A stretch of DNA of 64,000 bases from Vulcanimicrobiota bacterium (GTDB taxonomy: Bacteria; Vulcanimicrobiota; Vulcanimicrobiia; Vulcanimicrobiales; Vulcanimicrobiaceae). Below are positions 58,532 through 64,000 of this stretch, in pieces (the stretch's first letter is position 1; each line of letters begins with the position of its first letter). Made by a program: the position numbers and the translations under genes. The notes under the pieces were generated by a model that made no database searches, had not been told where the DNA came from, and was given only the letters and a program-made list of their open reading frames with translations. Location of the stretch: positions 1,216,001 to 1,280,000 of the forward strand of contig OY968762.1 of assembly GCA_963695225.1 (NCBI GenBank). The letters are read 5' to 3'.

Positions 58532-58569
58532 AGAAAGGGGACGCTCGCGAGGTCGTCCCCTTTCTCTTT
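58532..58569 (+). terminator. Rho-independent terminator
   Basis: AGAAAGGGGACG-N10-CGTCCCCTTTCT then CTTT. Confidence 0.8.
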
Positions 58570-58659
58570 CACGTTGCATGTTCGGCGCATCCTCGAGCGA
58601 AGTGCCGGAAATGAAACTCCCACAAGAATGCCTTGCGGCGCGCGGCGGAGGGCGTTAAC

Positions 58660-59502
58660 GTGCGCATCGCGGTCGTCGGAGCCTCCGGATTCATCGGCCG
58701 GCACCTCGCCGCGGCGCTGCGGGCGCGCGGCGACGACGTCGTGGAACTCTCCCTGCGCGATCCGGAGGCCGCAGCCCGGGGCTGCGAAGGGGTCCCGGCC
58801 GTCGTGAACCTCGCCGGGGAGCCGGTCGCGCAGCGCTGGACCGACGAGGCCAAGGAGCGCATCCGCGCCAGCCGCGTCGACGCGCCGCGTACGTTGATCG
58901 CCGCCCTCGCGAAGCTCGAACGCCCCCCGAAAGCCTACGTCTCCGCTTCGGCGATCGGTTACTACGGTACGAGCGAAACGGCGACGTTCACGGAAGCGGC
59001 CCCCCCGGGGAACGACTTCCTCTCGAACGTCTGCACCGAGTGGGAGAGCGAGGCGCACCGCGCCGCCGAAGCGGGAATGCGCGTCGCGATCGTGCGGACG
59101 GGGCTCGTCCTCGGATCCGACGGCGGCGCGCTGGCGCGCCTCTTACCGGTCTTCAAACTCGGCGGCGGCGGACACGTGGCGAGCGGAAATCAATGGTATT
59201 CGTGGATTCACATCGAGGATATGGTCGGCATCTATCTCGCCGCGCTCGACGGAGCCGCGGGCGTCATGAACGCGACGGCCCCGAATCCGGTGCGCAACCG
59301 CGACTTCACACGCGCGCTCGCCCACGCCGTGAATCGGCCGGCGTTCTTTCCCATCCCGGAGTTCACGATGAACTTGCTCTACGGTGAGGGGGCCGTCATC
59401 GTCACGAAGGGTCAGCGGGTCCTCCCCGAGCGCACGAGCGCCCAGGGATACACGTTCCGCTACCCGGAGATCGACGCGGCGTTCGCGCAGATTGTCGCTT
59501 GA
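58660..59502 (+). CDS. TIGR01777/YfcH-like NAD-dependent epimerase
   Basis: GASGFIG, VNLAGE, SASAIGYYG, WE, SWIHIED, NATAP. Confidence 0.92.
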   Translation: MRIAVVGASGFIGRHLAAALRARGDDVVELSLRDPEAAARGCEGVPAVVNLAGEPVAQRWTDEAKERIRASRVDAPRTLIAALAKLERPPKAYVSASAIGYYGTSETATFTEAAPPGNDFLSNVCTEWESEAHRAAEAGMRVAIVRTGLVLGSDGGALARLLPVFKLGGGGHVASGNQWYSWIHIEDMVGIYLAALDGAAGVMNATAPNPVRNRDFTRALAHAVNRPAFFPIPEFTMNLLYGEGAVIVTKGQRVLPERTSAQGYTFRYPEIDAAFAQIVA

Positions 59503-59524
59503 CGGCACGCCGACGCTGATCTCG

Positions 59525-60043
59525 ATGCGGCTGCGGCTCGAGCCGCTGCGCCCCGAACACGCGGCGCTCCTGTTCGAGCCGATGCAGGATCCGGCTCAAT
59601 TCCGTTTCATTCCCTCCGATCCGCCGAAATCCGAGGCGGAACTGCGCGCACGCTTCGAGCGCGCCGCCGCCGGGTCGCCCGATCCGGGCGCCCGCTGGTA
59701 CAACTGGCTCGTCCGTACGCTCGACGACTCGGTCCCGATCGGCGGCGTCCAAGCGACCGTCAGGGGGACGACCGCCTCGATCGGCTATTGGCTCGTGCGT
59801 TCCGCGCAAGGTCGCGGCTACGCCCGGGAGGCCGTCCAGGCGGCGATCGCCTCGCTCTTCGATCTCGACGGCGTCACCCGCATCGAAGCGCACATCGACA
59901 CGCGGAACGTGCGCTCGATCAGAGTCGTCGCCTGGCTCGGCTTCCGGCTGGAAGGTATCACGCAAGGTGCCGATTACTTCAAGGGGGCGACGAGCGACGA
60001 ATATCGCTACGCATTCGAACGCCCATCAAGGGAACGCACATGA
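59525..60043 (+). CDS. GNAT acetyltransferase (RimJ/RimL-like)
   Basis: IGYWL, QGRGYAREA, IDTRNVRSI, LGF. Confidence 0.88.
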   Translation: MRLRLEPLRPEHAALLFEPMQDPAQFRFIPSDPPKSEAELRARFERAAAGSPDPGARWYNWLVRTLDDSVPIGGVQATVRGTTASIGYWLVRSAQGRGYAREAVQAAIASLFDLDGVTRIEAHIDTRNVRSIRVVAWLGFRLEGITQGADYFKGATSDEYRYAFERPSRERT

Positions 60044-60486
60044 TCGGAATCGGCAGCACAGCACCGGATTTCACCGCATCGAGCGAGCGAGGCGAGCGCA
60101 TTCGAATGCGCGACACGCTGAGCAAGGGACCGCTCGTACTCATCTTCTATCCCGGCGACTCTACGCCGGGATGCACGAAGCAGCTCTGCGCGGTGCGCGA
60201 CGATCGGGACAAGTACGATGCCGCCGGCATCACCGTCTTCGGCGTGAACAACGCCGACGAACAATCGCATTGGCGCTTCATCGCCGCGCAGAAGTTGCAG
60301 ACCAGGCTCTTGGTCGACGCCGATTTCAAGATTTCGACCGACTACGAGTGCGTGCTCGGTTTCGGTCCGCTGCGCGTCATCAAGCGGACCGTCGTCGGGA
60401 TCGGGAGAGACGGGACGATCGTCTATTACAAGCGCGGCAGCCCGGGGACGGCCGATATCATCGCGGCCGTTGCCGCAGCGGCTTAA
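60040..60486 (+). CDS. bcp: Second peroxiredoxin Q/BCP
   Basis: APDF, FYPGDSTPGCTKQLC. Confidence 0.88.
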   Translation: MIGIGSTAPDFTASSERGERIRMRDTLSKGPLVLIFYPGDSTPGCTKQLCAVRDDRDKYDAAGITVFGVNNADEQSHWRFIAAQKLQTRLLVDADFKISTDYECVLGFGPLRVIKRTVVGIGRDGTIVYYKRGSPGTADIIAAVAAAA

Positions 60487-61415
60487 ACGGCCGCGCGGGA
60501 TCCTTCCAGCGTTTCGAGATACCGTTCGACCTCGAGCGCGGCTTTGCAGCCCATTCCCGCCGCCGAAACCGCCTGCTTGTAGCGGATGTCGTAGACGTCG
60601 CCGGCGACGAAAACGCCCCTCACGTTCGTGTGCACGCCGTCCGGCGAGACGACGTACCCGTGCGCGTCGAGTTCGAGTTGGTTGCGGAAGATCTCCGTAT
60701 TCGGATCGTGCCCGACCGCGATGAAGATCGCGTCGGCCGCGAATTCGCTGCGCTCTCCCGTCACGAGATTGCGCAGCGACAAGCGCTCGAGGCGTTCCTC
60801 GCCGTGCATTTCCTCGACGACCGTGTCCCACACGAAGGATAGCTTCGGGTGCGCCAAGGCGCGATCGGCCATGATCTTGCTCGCGCGCAGCTGCTCGCGG
60901 CGGTGGATCACCGTCACGTGCCGGCCGAAGCGCGTCAGGAACAGCGCCTCCTCCATCGCGGAGTCCCCGCCCCCGATCACGACGATCTCCTTCTCCCGAA
61001 AGAACGCGCCGTCGCAGGTCGCGCAGGTCGAGACGCCGCGCCCGCGCAGCCGCGCCTCGCCGGGAACGCCGAGCCAGCGCGCGCTCGCGCCGGTCGCAAC
61101 GATCACGGCATCGGCCGTGTGCTCGTTCTCCCCGTCCCAGACGCGTAAAGGATGCTGCGAGAAGTCGACGCGGGTCACGTCGACGTTTTCGATCCGCGCA
61201 CCGAAACGCTCGGCCTGCAGACGAAACGCCTCCATCAACTCCGGCCCCATGATGCCCTCGGGGAATCCGGGGAAATTCTCGACTTCCGTCGTGAGCATCA
61301 ACTGCCCGCCGTACATGTGTCCCGCGAAGACGAGCGGCGCGAGATTTGCCCGAGCCGCGTAAATCGCCGCGGTGAGGCCGGCCGGGCCGGAGCCGATGAT
61401 GATGACGCGTTCCAT
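60483..61415 (-). CDS. trxB: Thioredoxin-disulfide reductase
   Basis: IIGSGPAG, GGQL..TTEVENFPG, CATCDG, GGGDSAMEE, HRR, AGDV. Confidence 0.96.
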   Translation of the reverse strand: MERVIIIGSGPAGLTAAIYAARANLAPLVFAGHMYGGQLMLTTEVENFPGFPEGIMGPELMEAFRLQAERFGARIENVDVTRVDFSQHPLRVWDGENEHTADAVIVATGASARWLGVPGEARLRGRGVSTCATCDGAFFREKEIVVIGGGDSAMEEALFLTRFGRHVTVIHRREQLRASKIMADRALAHPKLSFVWDTVVEEMHGEERLERLSLRNLVTGERSEFAADAIFIAVGHDPNTEIFRNQLELDAHGYVVSPDGVHTNVRGVFVAGDVYDIRYKQAVSAAGMGCKAALEVERYLETLEGSRAAV

Positions 61416-61493
61416 ACCGCCCGCTTCGACCGCGCGCTCGGACGTTCCGGTTGCAGCCTGGGGGAGCGGCGCGCGCTTGCCGAAGCGAACGGC

Positions 61494-62330
61494 ATGATCC
61501 CGAGCGATCTTCCCCTCGAGGACGACTTCTGCGACATCCTGCGCAAGGCGATGCGCGGCACGGGTAAGGGCCCATCCGCAATCGCGGAACGCACCGGGCT
61601 CGACGCCCGCGCGATCGATCGCTGGTCGAAGGGAGAGGGCGTCCCGGACGAGGCGACGGCGCGCGCGCTGGCGCGCGATCTCGGCCTCGATCCCGGAAAA
61701 CTCGCCGACGGCGCGGCGCGACGTTGGCATCCGCACGTAGCGCTCCCGAGCGACGTGCGGCACCACCCGCACGACCCGCATCCTTCGAACGGCTACCTCT
61801 TCTTCCTCGAGGACGGGCGCACCGCGGCGCTCGTCGATCCGGCCGGGATCCCAAAGACGATCCTGGACGCGATCGCCGAGGGCCCGTACGCGCTGCGGTA
61901 CATCTTGATCACGCACAAACACGCGGACCATTGCGACGCGACGGGCGACATCGCGCGGGCCTTTCCCGGCGCGCAGATCGTCATGCACGCCTTGGACGTC
62001 CAAGCCATCGGCGCGTTCGGCCGCGCGGCGCTACGCGTGGTCGACGGCGCCGCCCTTCCATTCGGGGAAGGAGCAGAGATCCGCTCGATCCACACTCCCG
62101 GCCACACGGACGGTTCGACGTCGTACCTGTTCCGGTCGACGCTGTTCACCGGCGACACGCTGTTCGCGGGAAGCGTCGGCGGCGCGTTCGGCGACATCAG
62201 CACGTACCGCGACATCCTCGAGGGCGTGCGCACGAAGATCTTCACGCTCGGCGACGACGTCGTCCTCATGCCCGGGCACGGACCGCCGTCGACCGTCGCG
62301 CTCGAACGAGCGCACAACCCGTTCTTCTGA
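61494..62330 (+). CDS. XRE-like HTH + metallo-beta-lactamase fold hydrolase fusion
   Basis: N-term IAERTGLDARAIDRWSKGEGVP...LARDLGLD; THKHADH, TPGHT, FTGD, PGHG. Confidence 0.85.
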   Translation: MIPSDLPLEDDFCDILRKAMRGTGKGPSAIAERTGLDARAIDRWSKGEGVPDEATARALARDLGLDPGKLADGAARRWHPHVALPSDVRHHPHDPHPSNGYLFFLEDGRTAALVDPAGIPKTILDAIAEGPYALRYILITHKHADHCDATGDIARAFPGAQIVMHALDVQAIGAFGRAALRVVDGAALPFGEGAEIRSIHTPGHTDGSTSYLFRSTLFTGDTLFAGSVGGAFGDISTYRDILEGVRTKIFTLGDDVVLMPGHGPPSTVALERAHNPFF

Positions 62331-62339
62331 AATGGCTGC

Positions 62340-62864
62340 ATGATCGAACGACTCTTCGAAAAGCTCCTCTGGAACACGCGCTTCATCGTCGTGATCGCGG
62401 TCGTCGCGTGCGTGTTCGCCTCGATCGCGATGTTCGTCGTCGCAACGATCGACGTGGCGCGTCTGCCGCATACCGTCTTCGAGTACATGAGCCCGGCGCT
62501 AGCCGTCGACGACCGCCGCCACCTTTACAATCGAACCGTCGCCGACGTCGCCGGGATCATCGATGCCTATCTGTTCGCGACGATCCTGCTGATCTTCGCG
62601 CTCGGTCTCTACGAACTGTTCGTGAGCAAGATCGAAGCGGCGGAGAACTCCGAGTTCGCCGAACGGATCCTGCTCGTCCGTTCGCTCGACGACCTCAAGG
62701 ACCGGCTCGCGAAGGTGATCTTCCTCATCCTGATCGTCAAGTATTTCGAGTACGCGTTGGAACAGGCGATCCATACGCCGCTCGATCTCCTGATGCTCGC
62801 GACCGGCATCGCGCTGATCGCGCTAGCGATCTACCTCACGCGCGCCGGCAAAACCGGCCACTAA
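62340..62864 (+). CDS. YqhA/UPF0114 membrane protein
   Basis: IDAYL...IFALGLYELFVS, SLDDLK. Confidence 0.88.
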   Translation: MIERLFEKLLWNTRFIVVIAVVACVFASIAMFVVATIDVARLPHTVFEYMSPALAVDDRRHLYNRTVADVAGIIDAYLFATILLIFALGLYELFVSKIEAAENSEFAERILLVRSLDDLKDRLAKVIFLILIVKYFEYALEQAIHTPLDLLMLATGIALIALAIYLTRAGKTGH

Positions 62865-62881
62865 CCCGCCTACGCCGTCCG

Positions 62882-64000
62882 CTAAGGCGTCGTCCCCGCC
62901 GATGTGACCTCGGTTCCGTCGTTGCCGACGACGCGCACGAACGGAATGCGTGCGCCGGCCGCCGGCGGGACCAATTGAAACTCGAGCACTTTGACGCCCG
63001 AACTCGGGATCGCGATGTCGACGCGGAACGGCGCGCAACGGCCGTCGGTGCAGAACGAAGCGACCCACTCCTTCGGAACGCCGTCGGCGCGCAATGCGAC
63101 GGCGCGCCCAGCCGGGCCCGCGACGATCAAGCGATACTTGAGCGTGTCGGGCACGCTCCCCGGCAGTTCAGGTCCCGTCCACGGCCCGAGCGAGAGCGCC
63201 GTGCGCGCCTGCGACCCGGAGAGATCGAGCGCTACGAGCGCTTCCTGCCCTTCTTCCAAGTACATCGCGTAGCGCTCGTCGCTCTTGGGGAGCCTGCGCG
63301 ACCACTCGAGCATCGAGGCGAACGACGCGCGCGCTTCGTCCGTCGCGCCGAGCTTCGCTAGCGTGCGGCCTTGGTAGAGATAGGCCCATGCCAAGTGCCG
63401 CATGGCGGCCGGACTCCCCTTCGCGACGACTTGCCTGCGCGCGAGCGCGATCGCGCGCGCGTACGTCGCCGAGACGTCGGCGGCGCGCCCGAGTTTGCCG
63501 AGCGTGATTCCGAGCGCCACGAGCGCATCGACGCTCTCGGGTTGGAGCGCGACGAGCCGTTCCTGCGCTCGTTCCGTCACTTCGTACTGTTCGAGCCGGC
63601 CGGCGGAAAGCGCGAGACCCTCGAGTGCGTCCGTATCGTCCGGCGCGATTGCGAGCGCCGCTCGATATGCCGACGCCGCGTCGCTCCAGTGCTCGCGATC
63701 TCTTGCAGAGTCGCCCTTCAAGCGTGCGAGTTGCGCGCGCTCGGCGTCGCTCGCGGCGACCGGCTCGAGCGCCGCGATCGCGCGATCCCGCAAGGCCGCC
63801 TCGGCGGCGCGCGTGCGCAGGACGTCGACCGCGTTGCCGTTCGCGGCGTCGCTCTCGTCCATCAGCCTCTCAGCCTCGGCGATCGCCTCGCCGGCGCGTT
63901 TGACGTGCGCCGCGATCTGCTTCGCGTCGCCGGCGAACGAGAACGCCGGACCGGCGAGCAGGGCGTCGATCTTGCTCTGCAGCGGCGAGCCGATCGCAAC
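62882..64000 (-). CDS. TPR-containing protein (5' end beyond window)
   Basis: Frame open to the window edge; TPR-like helices (YRAALAIAPDDTDALEGLA); C-terminal beta domain with WVASFCTDGRC. Confidence 0.8.
   Translation of the reverse strand, partial: VAIGSPLQSKIDALLAGPAFSFAGDAKQIAAHVKRAGEAIAEAERLMDESDAANGNAVDVLRTRAAEAALRDRAIAALEPVAASDAERAQLARLKGDSARDREHWSDAASAYRAALAIAPDDTDALEGLALSAGRLEQYEVTERAQERLVALQPESVDALVALGITLGKLGRAADVSATYARAIALARRQVVAKGSPAAMRHLAWAYLYQGRTLAKLGATDEARASFASMLEWSRRLPKSDERYAMYLEEGQEALVALDLSGSQARTALSLGPWTGPELPGSVPDTLKYRLIVAGPAGRAVALRADGVPKEWVASFCTDGRCAPFRVDIAIPSSGVKVLEFQLVPPAAGARIPFVRVVGNDGTEVTSAGTTP

Overview
High-GC (roughly 68-70% by eye) bacterial chromosomal window, densely coding, with about 60 genes. 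I found no rRNA, tRNA, CRISPR array, transposase or integrase. Protein style and gene content (futalosine menaquinone genes, orphan family-5 solute-binding lipoprotein, many small secreted proteins) suggest a soil/acidophile lineage such as Ca. Eremiobacterota/Vulcanimicrobiota; this is inference and unverified. Housekeeping and metabolic genes: GH125, an EF-G paralogue, pyrE-like, two bcp, thiO-like, ETF-QO, larA-like, gntR-glcDEF plus a second glcDE, glgP, aroG, pfp, gltB, bkd E1a/E1b/E2, a GGDEF protein, queD-queE-mqnB-mqnD, namZ and trxB. There is also a decaying MmyB/SDR/CMD/AKR islet. The most notable locus is 3.0-6.9 kb. An ECF sigma factor overlaps a gene fusing a zinc anti-sigma (HxxxCxxC) domain to an intact O6-alkylguanine alkyltransferase (PCHRV), a candidate alkylation-sensing ECF switch. 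It is followed by a terminated, highly structured small RNA/small-ORF unit, then by a PHP phosphoesterase with a long histone-H1-like Lys/Ala/Pro tail. Many start codons were re-placed relative to the ORF track using RBS and motif evidence. All functional calls come from motif recognition, not database searches.
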